Shown here piece by piece: positions 49,138 through 57,935 of a stretch of DNA of 64,000 bases; position 1 is the first letter of the stretch; each line of letters opens with the position of its first letter. Both the position numbers and the translations under genes were made by a program. Source of the stretch: Minisyncoccota bacterium (GTDB lineage: Bacteria > Patescibacteriota > Minisyncoccia > Phycocordibacterales > CAJBRS01); assembly GCA_035652395.1 (NCBI GenBank), contig DASRDX010000012.1, positions 23,861 through 87,860 on the forward strand, given 5' to 3'. The notes beneath the pieces are model-generated. The model had not been told where the DNA came from. It saw only the letters and a program-made list of their open reading frames with translations, and did no database searches.

Positions 49138-49296
49138 TCACTTACGTGAGCGGTCGACGCCTACCCAGCCGTGACCCATCCAGGTCCAATTATTGCTCGG
49201 CGAAGTATCTTTTTTTGGATATGGGCTCTTGAGATAAGCGTGAGCAGGCGAACTGAAAAGTACTATCCCCGCAACCGCGATTAGAATTCTTTTCAT
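49138..49296 (-). CDS. 52-aa secreted peptide (not in ORF track)
   Basis: Signal peptide MKRILIAVAGIVLFSSPAHA, then YLKSPYPKKDTSPSNNWTWMGHGWVGVDRSRK; terminator hairpin at 49127-49156. Confidence 0.5.
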   Translation of the reverse strand: MKRILIAVAGIVLFSSPAHAYLKSPYPKKDTSPSNNWTWMGHGWVGVDRSRK

Positions 49297-49366
49297 AGGT
49301 AGAGGTGATCTACCTATAATTGTACGCTTCCTGGTCTGGGAAACTATTTACTTATGCACACCTATC

Positions 49367-51133
49367 TTAATTAGTCTTACTATAGACTACTGAATTACTT
49401 GTACCACCACTATTTGTTACTGAGACATTGTAATTTCCAGCCGGAATGACGTGATTTGAGATTGAACAAGAAGGAGAGGTGTGCTGACAGGAATAATCAT
49501 CACTGTAAGGGATGTTGAAGGTTAAAGTGGCCGCGTCATACGAGTTAATATTATTCAAGCTATAGACTTCGTAATTACCGAAGTTAATTTTGTTGCCGTA
49601 ATTGTCAAAGCCGGAACCGTACAAAGTAACTTGAGTGCCATTTGGACCAGCGGATGGTGAGATGTAGCTAACATAGGGCTGAACATGATTGCCTCCCCCA
49701 GAATAGCTGCTGACATAGACTGTGGTAGAGGTTTTGGCGGTTTGACCGGAAGAATTTCTAACGGTAAAGCTAACGTTGTAAGTGCCGGAGACGTTGTATG
49801 AATGAGTGAAGCTTGAAGATTGCTGACCGGCGGCCTGGGCGGCGGCGCTGTTTTGAGAAGCCCCGCAAGAGGCGTAACTCGTGCATTGAGCGCTAGTATC
49901 TCCCCAATCAACGGAATATGTCAGCGTTCCGTTTTGAGGATCACGAGCATTAACTGTCCAAGTACCTGTCTGACCAATGGTTAGAGTGGTTGGGCCACTT
50001 AATCCGTTAATGACTGGCGCAGCGCCGGTAGTTGAAGAAGCGGAAGTGACTAAGAAGTTAACGGCATTACTTGTGCCATTAGCATTCACCACTGAAACCG
50101 CATATGTGCCGGGAGTAATCTGAACAGCGATAGCCGGACAAGCCATGCCCGGAGCACAGTAGTAACCTGCCCATTGTGGAACGGTAAAAGTTAGAATTTT
50201 TTGATTGGGACAGGAGGAGCCTTGCATGCAAGGTACGGCAATTTCCGAATAAGTTGGATTACCTACCGAATAATTTCCGAACTTAATAGTGTTTCCTGTT
50301 GAAGAAAAATTTCCATAAATTTGCACTTGAGTTCCGACCGAACCTGCTGAAGGGTTGATAGAGGTGATTGAAGGAGATCCTGAGTTAGTTCCGGAAGTGA
50401 CATTAAACGTCATTGTATTGCTCGTACCGTTTGAGTTAACTACCTTAACCATTAATGGCCCTGGTAGAACGTGAATGCCCGGAGAAAGTTGTAACCCGTC
50501 AGGAATAGTAAAGGTTAGAGAAGTGTTGCTTACAGCACTCACTTGGAGAGCTGGTAGGTTATCCAAATAAATTGTAGTGATTCCATAACCACTGAAACAA
50601 TTTCCAGTATTGGCGCTGTTCATTAGTATTGCGCAGGAAGGAAATACGGAGGAAGAATTAAGAGGGCAAGTATAACCACCGCAACCCATGCTGCCAGCAA
50701 GAAAGCCTGATCCAGTCAAGGTAACTTGAGTACCAATTGGGCCGCTTGATGGAGTAATAGAAGAAATAGAGACGCCGCTAGAAACATTGCCGCAAGTTAA
50801 TGATTGGATTTTAGCTCGGGTAAATGGACCCACAAATCCTACAGGAGAAATGCCATTAGCTCTCTGGAAATTCTGCACGGCGGCAAAAGTCAGCGGTCCG
50901 TAAGAGGCGCGACCACTAAAGGAACCGTAACCGGCTGAAACTAGAAAATTCTGTAGAACGGTAACTTGTCCGCCGGTATTAAAATCAGTGGATCCTGGAC
51001 CCATGTTATAGGTTAGGTTAACGCAGGACGAGACCGTACTAACGGTGTTGGCTGACTGACCAAAACTTGCGATTGGTAAAACTGCCACTACGGCAAGGCT
51101 CAAAATAAGCCCAAATTTGATTAGATTTTTCAT
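49367..51133 (-). CDS. secreted PG-binding + IPT/TIG + PKD surface protein
   Basis: Signal peptide, VTVLQNFL...GFVGPFTRA, three SI(T/N/S)PS(S/A)G IPT repeats, VDWGD/FTHSY PKD motif. Confidence 0.85.
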   Translation of the reverse strand: MKNLIKFGLILSLAVVAVLPIASFGQSANTVSTVSSCVNLTYNMGPGSTDFNTGGQVTVLQNFLVSAGYGSFSGRASYGPLTFAAVQNFQRANGISPVGFVGPFTRAKIQSLTCGNVSSGVSISSITPSSGPIGTQVTLTGSGFLAGSMGCGGYTCPLNSSSVFPSCAILMNSANTGNCFSGYGITTIYLDNLPALQVSAVSNTSLTFTIPDGLQLSPGIHVLPGPLMVKVVNSNGTSNTMTFNVTSGTNSGSPSITSINPSAGSVGTQVQIYGNFSSTGNTIKFGNYSVGNPTYSEIAVPCMQGSSCPNQKILTFTVPQWAGYYCAPGMACPAIAVQITPGTYAVSVVNANGTSNAVNFLVTSASSTTGAAPVINGLSGPTTLTIGQTGTWTVNARDPQNGTLTYSVDWGDTSAQCTSYASCGASQNSAAAQAAGQQSSSFTHSYNVSGTYNVSFTVRNSSGQTAKTSTTVYVSSYSGGGNHVQPYVSYISPSAGPNGTQVTLYGSGFDNYGNKINFGNYEVYSLNNINSYDAATLTFNIPYSDDYSCQHTSPSCSISNHVIPAGNYNVSVTNSGGTSNSVVYSKTN

Positions 51134-51206
51134 AATTATAGAGACGAAATTAGTGATTAAACCTGTCGCCTCAATTATAGCTCTAAAACCTTAAATAAAA
51201 AGCGGC

Positions 51207-51521
51207 TCATTGCTGAGCTGCTCTTTGGGCGTGCTTACGGATTTCCCTTAGCCATTCTCTCCGCCACCAAAAATATTTCCATAGTCTGCGAATAAATGAG
51301 CCAGTATACGAAGCCAGTTGATATTTTTGTTCCATTTCCTCAATCAATCTCATCACCTCTTCTTGCCTTTCCTTGTCAGACATTCTCGGAGGTGGGTCAG
51401 CCGCTAGAACAGCGAGGCGTGTAATATGGGGAAAAAGAGAATCTGTTTGACGCTTGAGAGCGCTTTTCTCCTCCTCCAGACGTCTGATGGTTTGTGCAGG
51501 AGTTTCTTCCGTCTTTTTCAT
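51207..51521 (-). CDS. hypothetical protein
   Basis: 104-aa charged ORF with GGTGAGG upstream. Confidence 0.5.
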   Translation of the reverse strand: MKKTEETPAQTIRRLEEEKSALKRQTDSLFPHITRLAVLAADPPPRMSDKERQEEVMRLIEEMEQKYQLASYTGSFIRRLWKYFWWRREWLREIRKHAQRAAQQ

Positions 51522-51560
51522 CTGCCCCTCACCCTAACAAACTCTAGTTTATTTTCAAAG

Positions 51561-52288
51561 TGGCGCCTTCCCGAATCACATTCTTCTCTTTGAGGATCAG
51601 GAGTATGTGGAGAGTATAGGAGAAAAGTTAGCTTATATAAATAATTTTTCAACAGCCATAATGTCATAGCCCTTATGAACTTCATCTTCTGGTGCAACTC
51701 CAATTGAAATCATAAATTTATTTAGATCTTTTCTAACCAGTTCCTCATCATCATTAGTTTTCCTTTCAATCTCAATGAATGAACCAAGCTTATCTACATT
51801 ATCAATGCATATCTCAAACTCCTCAAAATGTGTGGTGCGGCGATTTTTAATGACGCGGTTAGAAAGTTGATATCCCATTAAAAACAATGCTTGCTCCATT
51901 TCCTTGGCATTTTTTATTTCAGTTTCATGTTCGGCTTTGGTCAAGACCGCCAAGGATAGAGGTTTCTTTACAGTAAAAATAAATCTCCCATCACTTTTCT
52001 CTCTAATTCGGACAAAGTGATCATTTTTCAAGTACTCTTCCACATTCCCAATAATCTTAGTGTAGACCGAATCAACTTGACGAATAGGTTCTGACAAAAC
52101 ACATCCTAATTTTACCAGACTTTTTATAACTTCGTCGGGATTTTTAAGATATGCCTTGACTTCAATTTCTTTCATATTTAAGAGTATATCAATTCAAATA
52201 GAAAATGTGGGGCGGCTTCCCGAACCTTATTCTGCTATTTGAAGATCGGGAGTATGTGGAAAGTATAAGGGAAAAACTTAGCTATATC
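51561..52288 (+). repeat. two diverged ~75-bp direct repeats flanking a CYTH gene
   Basis: 51561-51637 versus 52208-52288 (CTTCCCGAA...GGAGTATGTGGA.AGTATA...TTAGCT). Confidence 0.8.
51633..52175 (-). CDS. CYTH / class IV adenylate cyclase-like protein
   Basis: KEIEVKA, QVDSVY, VRIRE, LGSFIEIE, GYD. Confidence 0.9.
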   Translation of the reverse strand: MKEIEVKAYLKNPDEVIKSLVKLGCVLSEPIRQVDSVYTKIIGNVEEYLKNDHFVRIREKSDGRFIFTVKKPLSLAVLTKAEHETEIKNAKEMEQALFLMGYQLSNRVIKNRRTTHFEEFEICIDNVDKLGSFIEIERKTNDDEELVRKDLNKFMISIGVAPEDEVHKGYDIMAVEKLFI

Positions 52289-52301
52289 CATCAGTTAACG
52301 T

Positions 52302-52973
52302 CTAAGCTTTGATAATGAGCGGATTGAAGTCGGTGTTCGTATCATAGTAATCCTCATTCTCAGCTTTCTTTAGCTTCCCTACCACAAGATAAGTTAATGG
52401 AGTTAATATCACCTCTACAAGAGTTTTCAGAAACCAAGCAGATAAGACCGAACTCCATAATAAGTTGTTTGGAATAACAGCATAGAGGGCAATTGTATAA
52501 AAAAGAAAAGTATTGGCTCCTTCTCCAACAATGGTTGAGCCAATTGTTCTGGCCCAGAGATATTTTCCTTTAGTCCAGATCTTCATCGTGGCCAACACAT
52601 AGTCATTCAGAATGCCGCCAACCCAAACGGCAATCCAACCACCCAATAGAATTCTTGGAACTGAACCCAACACTCTTGCATATGCTGCATTAGCATCAAA
52701 ACCAGCGGCCGGAGGAAGCCAAACAACAATTTGATAAATAAGTCCTGCGATGACAGAGGCGAACAGAACTTTCCAAACGACATTTCTGGCTCTGGCATAT
52801 CCATACACCTCTGTTAGAACATCTGCAAAAATATATGTAATTGGAAAATAAAGAGCGGTTGCAGAAACAGTAAAAATCCCTATCTCAACAATTTTCCCTG
52901 CCGTAATATCGGAGACTAGCTGAAAAGTAACATAGAGAATCGTAATCCAGGTTAGGTATTTGTAGTTTTTCAT
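52302..52973 (-). CDS. queuosine precursor transporter (YhhQ/VUT family)
   Basis: FPITYIFADVLTEVYGY, PRILLG, LWARTIGSTIVGE. Confidence 0.92.
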   Translation of the reverse strand: MKNYKYLTWITILYVTFQLVSDITAGKIVEIGIFTVSATALYFPITYIFADVLTEVYGYARARNVVWKVLFASVIAGLIYQIVVWLPPAAGFDANAAYARVLGSVPRILLGGWIAVWVGGILNDYVLATMKIWTKGKYLWARTIGSTIVGEGANTFLFYTIALYAVIPNNLLWSSVLSAWFLKTLVEVILTPLTYLVVGKLKKAENEDYYDTNTDFNPLIIKA

Positions 52974-53425
52974 CTTTTTAAAATTGTAAGAAAATGTTTA
53001 TGACTTCTTTTGGCTAATTGATCTATATTTTTATATTCTGAATTATTCTCACTTAAGTATGAGAACACTATCTCATTTCCTTTCTCTTTATATTTTTTAA
53101 TTAAACCCATTACTTGTTTGTATTCCAAAGCCATAGAACTTACTTGCCAAATCTTATTAAGCTGTTTTAACACTGGTTCACAATCTCCCATTATTATAAC
53201 CTTATTGGACCAACACATTGGCAAACAATGCTCTAACGCTCTAATAATTCCTAAATAGAAACATTTATTAGGCCCAGAATGTCTTAAGTAATGCACCCCA
53301 GCGGCCACTGGTTTTCCCCTACTATCATTACTCCACCAAGCTGCCCAAGCAGCTATTGATTCTCCTCTTTTGTCGTGTTTGGAAGTAGGTTTAGTAGAAG
53401 AATCTACCAATATATATAAATCCAT
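52970..53425 (-). CDS. RNase H-like protein
   Basis: ILVDSS, GPNKCFYLG, IMGDCEPVLKQL, IDQLAK; low GC. Confidence 0.7.
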   Translation of the reverse strand: MDLYILVDSSTKPTSKHDKRGESIAAWAAWWSNDSRGKPVAAGVHYLRHSGPNKCFYLGIIRALEHCLPMCWSNKVIIMGDCEPVLKQLNKIWQVSSMALEYKQVMGLIKKYKEKGNEIVFSYLSENNSEYKNIDQLAKRSHKHFLTILKR

Positions 53426-53438
53426 ATTAAATAAAGTT

Positions 53439-53457
53439 GGGCGGCTAGAGAGAATCG
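53439..53457 (-). repeat. 19-bp duplicate of the tRNA-His 3' end (att-like)
   Basis: GGGCGGCTAGAGAGAATCG identical to 53605-53623. Confidence 0.85.
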
Positions 53458-53602
53458 GTCACACATAAAAATGCTTCTCATTTTTTGCGCGACCCCGCCT
53501 CACTTGGAGCGGTCACAAAGCGACATCGCTCCTTCGCTCCGGCTTTCGATTCTCACTATTATCGCCCCAGCATAAAACCCGAATCCATTTCGGATTTTAT
53601 GC

Positions 53603-53677
53603 TGGGGCGGCTAGAGAGAATCGAACTCTCGACTTCGGATCCACAGACCGAGGTTTTACCATTAAACTATAGCCGCC
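53603..53677 (-). tRNA. tRNA-His(GUG) with encoded G-1 and CCA
   Basis: Cloverleaf; anticodon loop CTGTGGA; GTTCGATTC T-arm. Confidence 0.96.
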
Positions 53678-53714
53678 ATGTATGAGCGAAGCGCCGAAGG
53701 CGCTTCGCTCTCTG

Positions 53715-54512
53715 TTATAACAGATTCAAATTCGGATTCAAAATATCTTTCAGTTCGCTCCAAGGAATGGTGACTTCCTGCTCTCCGGCGGCGTAAGCCG
53801 CCACCTGATATTCCGTGAAGATAATTTCTAGTCCGTTATCAGTTACTAAAAAGGCATTGAAGTTTTCCTGCTTTGGGGCGGCGCCCTCTTCAATGGCGGC
53901 TGGCTCCGCATCAGTCCCGAGATTTTTTTTCAGGGTTTTAATGGAATATTCTGAAATGGCTTCTAGATATTGAGCGCCCGGTTTAAAAAGATTAGCTAAG
54001 CTCAATACATCAGCGGTGACTAAATTGTAATTTAGGGTCAAGACATTTGAACCAGGGTGAGCGGCGCCGGCGCTGTAAAACTCCTCGTTGAAGCGCAGCG
54101 GCAAGATTTTATTTAAACGATGATTGTTTAAAACATTAAAATCAATTTGCAAAGTGCTGGTACCATATTCTCCTGCAGAGCTTCCCGGGCCGGCGCTAGT
54201 GTCAAAATCGGCGCGATAAGAAACTAATTCTTGATTAACGATTTCTCGAACACTTCGATTAATCTTGTCGGCTAGAATGCTGTCACTGAACGCAAAGACG
54301 GGGTAACTGGCTTTCAGAGAATAGAACTTTTGACTGTTACTTTCAGTAATAGTCTTGGTGGTGTAAGTAATAGACGAAGTGGCGGCAGTACTTGAAGCGG
54401 TGCCGGTATTTTCCGGAGCGATCGTTTTAGCCGGCATTAGAAAATAAAAGAGGGCCGCAATTATTACTAAAACTAGAACACCAACTAAAAAATGGAGGCG
54501 TTGAGGAGTCAT
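53715..54512 (-). CDS. DUF4163/DUF3298 (RsiV/PdaC-like) protein
   Basis: N-terminal TM, YSAGAAHP, YQVAAYAAG. Confidence 0.85.
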   Translation of the reverse strand: MTPQRLHFLVGVLVLVIIAALFYFLMPAKTIAPENTGTASSTAATSSITYTTKTITESNSQKFYSLKASYPVFAFSDSILADKINRSVREIVNQELVSYRADFDTSAGPGSSAGEYGTSTLQIDFNVLNNHRLNKILPLRFNEEFYSAGAAHPGSNVLTLNYNLVTADVLSLANLFKPGAQYLEAISEYSIKTLKKNLGTDAEPAAIEEGAAPKQENFNAFLVTDNGLEIIFTEYQVAAYAAGEQEVTIPWSELKDILNPNLNLL

Positions 54513-54532
54513 GGGGAAATTATAGCAAATTG

Positions 54533-54616
54533 TGCACGGGAGAGGACTCGAACCTCCATGCCCTTGCGGGCGCTACCACCTCAAGGTAGTACGTCTACCA
54601 GTTTCGCCACCCGTGC
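54533..54616 (-). tRNA. tRNA-Leu(GAG)
   Basis: Cloverleaf with long variable arm; anticodon loop TTGAGGT. Confidence 0.96.
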
Positions 54617-54654
54617 ATGCGAGCATTATGGCAAAGTTTGCCCCTTTTTCAACT

Positions 54655-54686
54655 GAAAGCGCCCGGCCTTTGGCCGGGCGCTTTTT
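54655..54686. terminator. terminator downstream of rplS
   Basis: AAAGCGCCCGGCC-TTT-GGCCGGGCGCTTT. Confidence 0.8.
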
Positions 54687-54692
54687 CTATTT

Positions 54693-55163
54693 TTAAGATT
54701 TTGTCTCTTGGTTTTCAGTATTTTCAGCTACTTCTTTCTCTTCAGTTGGTGCTTCCACGGTTGGAGTTTCTACCACTTCTTGTCGGCTACTTTGATCTAA
54801 TCGGGACCGTCTCATCTGGCGGCTAATTTCCTTGGCCGCTTTTTCCCGAACGTAATAAAGTTTTGCCCGCCGCACCTTGGCTCGATTAACCACTTCAATC
54901 TTATCAATCAAAGGTGAATAAAGAGGAAAGATTTTCTCCACTCCATAGCCTCCAGCGACTCTTCGTACGGTAAAAGTGGCGCCGTTTTCGTTGCCATGTT
55001 TGCGTGCTAAAACCAGACCTTCAAAAACCTGCAAGCGAGTCTTGCCCTTTTCCTGAATTTTCTGGGAAACTCGAACGGTGTCTCCCGCCCGAAAGTCAAT
55101 CCTCTGTCGGTCAGCAGTATTTAAAGTAGACAAAGTGATGGGTTTTTTAGTCGCCGTAGCCAT
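54693..55163 (-). CDS. rplS: 50S ribosomal protein L19
   Basis: [32 protein letters not shown]. Confidence 0.97.
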   Translation of the reverse strand: MATATKKPITLSTLNTADRQRIDFRAGDTVRVSQKIQEKGKTRLQVFEGLVLARKHGNENGATFTVRRVAGGYGVEKIFPLYSPLIDKIEVVNRAKVRRAKLYYVREKAAKEISRQMRRSRLDQSSRQEVVETPTVEAPTEEKEVAENTENQETKS

Positions 55164-55188
55164 AATTAGGAAGCTAATCTATCACGAT

Positions 55189-55911
55189 TTAAGTCATTAA
55201 ATCAAGCGCTCGTTCAAAATCGGGTGGAAAAGGCGCTTCTGCTTTAATAACCTCTCCGGTTTCAGTCTTAAATTCAATTGAACGGGCGTGCAGGGCTAGC
55301 CGTTCAAAACCTAAAAGCGACTCTCTTTTCGGGGCATAGAGCTTGTCACAGACTACCGGATGATTGATAGCCTTCAGGTGAACGCGGATTTGATGGGTCC
55401 GGCCCGTTTCGGGCCGGACCTCCAAAAAACTGACCCCACCTTTCACATCTTTTTCTTTCAAGACTTGGTAATTAGTTATCGCCTCGCGCGCCTGTCCCCT
55501 TGCCCATCGCTGGGCCGACCACAATCGGAAATCCTTTCGACTGCGAGCAATCGGTCGGTCGATCGTTCCATCTTTTTCTTTCATTAGACCGTAAACAAAG
55601 GCATTGTAAATTTTAGAGACAGCCCGAGTCTGAAATAAATTTTTTAAATAAAAAAATGTCTCCTGATTTCGAGCTACTATTAAAACGCCCGAAGTTTCCC
55701 GATCAAGCCGATGAACAATCCCCGGTCGATAAATTATTTCGCCGATTGGAGTTCTCCATGGCTCCCCTACTTCCTTTATTTCCGGGTATTTTTCCAAAAG
55801 CCATTCCGCCACCGAACCTTCTTTGGTTTTCCCGTCAGAATGAACTACCAAACCTGATGGTTTGTTGAGAATTATCAGATTTTTATCTTCATAAATAAGG
55901 GGAATTTCCAT
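55189..55911 (-). CDS. RluA-family pseudouridine synthase
   Basis: NKPSGLVVH, IVHRLDRETSG, TGRTHQIRVH. Confidence 0.95.
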   Translation of the reverse strand: MEIPLIYEDKNLIILNKPSGLVVHSDGKTKEGSVAEWLLEKYPEIKEVGEPWRTPIGEIIYRPGIVHRLDRETSGVLIVARNQETFFYLKNLFQTRAVSKIYNAFVYGLMKEKDGTIDRPIARSRKDFRLWSAQRWARGQAREAITNYQVLKEKDVKGGVSFLEVRPETGRTHQIRVHLKAINHPVVCDKLYAPKRESLLGFERLALHARSIEFKTETGEVIKAEAPFPPDFERALDLMT

Positions 55912-56540
55912 TAAGGCATAGCGAAGCCACGAAAAATAAACTGGCTTTTTGATTTATTTTCCTTTTCAGTAATTAGATCCTCCTTAACAAAATGTCTAGG
56001 AATTCGCATTACTACTGCTCGGATATCGTTTTTTTCTAGTCTACCATCTACATGTCTGCATAAATATTGTCTTTTCATAGCATCTCGCAAATCAGTGGTA
56101 TCCTCGGTAAAATCTACAGACAATACTTCCAGATGATCAGTTTTAAAACCTACAAGCGTCTTCCCAAAACCCACCATTAGCCTCACTGGACCCGGCGCTT
56201 GTCCTTCGCTAAAGGCCAACTGAATTCCTTCTGGTTCAGGAACAACAGCGTTGGCATAGTGTGAATCGCCCTTATCCATCCCCACTTCAAATGATTGTCC
56301 TGTCTCCAGAGCTGTAACCACTCTGCTAATGCTTTCAATCCGCGCTAAACAATTTTCCTGTTCCATTATGCTATAGAGACTATTCATATCATCTGTTAAT
56401 TTGATATCTAATGTCTCTTCTAGTTTCTCTAAAAAAATTGGTAGATTTTCGCGAATATATTCTTCATCTTCTGAACTCTCTAATCGGCGCGCTAAATCAA
56501 GCGTCTCTCTTACTTCGGAGTTATTTGGAGGTTGTTCCAT
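55911..56540 (-). CDS. hypothetical protein
   Basis: 209-aa acidic ORF translationally coupled to the RluA gene. Confidence 0.65.
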   Translation of the reverse strand: MEQPPNNSEVRETLDLARRLESSEDEEYIRENLPIFLEKLEETLDIKLTDDMNSLYSIMEQENCLARIESISRVVTALETGQSFEVGMDKGDSHYANAVVPEPEGIQLAFSEGQAPGPVRLMVGFGKTLVGFKTDHLEVLSVDFTEDTTDLRDAMKRQYLCRHVDGRLEKNDIRAVVMRIPRHFVKEDLITEKENKSKSQFIFRGFAMP

Positions 56541-56562
56541 ACCTAAATGTTATACTAAATTC

Positions 56563-57228
56563 ATGTACAAAACCAAGCCCTATCACCCTTGCGATATGCC
56601 GGCCTCTGAAGAATTAAACGTCCTGGTTCTGAACGCCTCGCTCAAACATACAAAGGAAGAGACCTCCAATACGGAGGAGCTTTCTGAGCTGGTGCTGAAA
56701 TATATGAGCCAGCACGGGTCAAAAATCAAAAGTGAAATTATTCGTCTGGCTGACAAAAATATTCCGGTTGGCCTTAAGTATAAAGAGGGCGAGAATGATG
56801 ATTGGCCCGATATCGTCAAAAAATTAAAAGAGGCTGATGTAGTAATCTTTGCCACTCCCATTTGGTGGGGCAGTCGCTCGAGTTTGATGCAGAGAATTAT
56901 CGAAAGAATGGACGCTCTTGATGAAGACTATATTGCTTCCGGCCGCAGCGCTCTTTTAAATAAGGTGGCCGGAATTACTATCACCGGCAGCGAAGACGGC
57001 GCTCAAGCCACTCTTGGCAGCATTATGGAAGTTCTAACCTTCATGAATTTCACTTTGCCGCCTGAATGCTGCGCTTACTGGGTGGGTGAAGTCGGTCAGC
57101 CGCCGGCGGAAGATCGAGCCAAAAGGCTGAAAAATAAAGCAACTGATCATATGGCTAAAAATCTTGCCCGCAATTTAGTTTATTACGCTAATCTCCTTAA
57201 ACTTCATCCACTAGAAATTAAAAAGTAG
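56563..57228 (+). CDS. flavodoxin-like NAD(P)H-dependent FMN reductase family protein
   Basis: LNASLK, SNT, ATPIWWG, ITGSEDGA; leaderless start at MYKTK. Confidence 0.88.
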   Translation: MYKTKPYHPCDMPASEELNVLVLNASLKHTKEETSNTEELSELVLKYMSQHGSKIKSEIIRLADKNIPVGLKYKEGENDDWPDIVKKLKEADVVIFATPIWWGSRSSLMQRIIERMDALDEDYIASGRSALLNKVAGITITGSEDGAQATLGSIMEVLTFMNFTLPPECCAYWVGEVGQPPAEDRAKRLKNKATDHMAKNLARNLVYYANLLKLHPLEIKK

Positions 57229-57241
57229 TGGGCGATGAGGG
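57228..57241 (-). repeat. 14-bp duplicate of the tRNA-Val 3' end
   Basis: GTGGGCGATGAGGG identical to 57362-57375. Confidence 0.75.
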
Positions 57242-57362
57242 TAAACATTTCTCATTGCCATATATTTGAATTTAGAAGCTCGTTGCCACAGAATTACTTA
57301 AGTTTACCAACATGGCGCCGAAATTTAAAATTACTGGAAAATCCAGATAATTTTAAATTTTG

Positions 57363-57435
57363 TGGGCGATGAGGGACTCGAACCCCCGACCTTTTCGGTG
57401 TAAACGAATTGCTCTACCAACTGAGCTAATCGCCC
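57363..57435 (-). tRNA. tRNA-Val(UAC)
   Basis: Cloverleaf; anticodon loop TTTACAC. Confidence 0.96.
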
Positions 57436-57485
57436 AAGTATGCTTTCACTTTAATATCAAAGACTTTTTAAATCAACCTTGTGTG

Positions 57486-57557
57486 CGCCCCCGCGAGGAA
57501 TCGAACCTCGATTGACGGCTTAGAAGTCCGCAGTTCTATCCATTGAACTACGGGGGC
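57486..57557 (-). tRNA. tRNA-Arg(UCU)
   Basis: Cloverleaf; anticodon loop CTTCTAA. Confidence 0.94.
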
Positions 57558-57595
57558 GTGTTCATAAAATAGCGCGCGCTTTAACTTATAGCAAG

Positions 57596-57934
57596 CTAGA
57601 GTGCCGGGTCCGCAGCGCTTGGTGAGGCTTGTCGCAGGTCTTCAAAATGTTTTTCCCGAGCGTCGTAAGTGCTGATGGTCTGCTTCAGTTTACTAATGGT
57701 GGATTGGTCGGCGCCGGCGGTTTGAGCCGGCGACGCTTCAAAGATGTTGCCTCGATTGATTTGCCAGAAAAGATAGCCGCTCCAGATCAAGATTAAAATG
57801 CTCAAAACAACAAAGATGATGATCGTCTTCTGCCAGTCTCCATAGGGATCGGCTCCGATACGCGGACCGCGCTTTCCGCCTGATCCGCGAAACTTCAATA
57901 ATTTTTTAAAAATGGCTCCTAGATCTTGCTTCAT
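57596..57934 (-). CDS. single-TM protein, last gene of the pilMNO-like operon
   Basis: One TM, C-terminal ADP; operon position. Confidence 0.6.
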   Translation of the reverse strand: MKQDLGAIFKKLLKFRGSGGKRGPRIGADPYGDWQKTIIIFVVLSILILIWSGYLFWQINRGNIFEASPAQTAGADQSTISKLKQTISTYDAREKHFEDLRQASPSAADPAL

Positions 57935-57935
57935 A

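Noticed and set aside
51518-51703. 61-aa minus-strand ORF
   Set aside because: Overlaps the CYTH gene in another frame; the repeat's coding signal is on the + strand.
51561-52288. Repeats read as a CRISPR array or integron attC sites
   Set aside because: Only two diverged, non-palindromic copies about 650 bp apart; no cas or intI gene in the window.
53485-53685. ORFs overlapping tRNA genes (also 63179-63523 and 63381-63698)
   Set aside because: Antisense readings of tRNA-His and tRNA-Ser.
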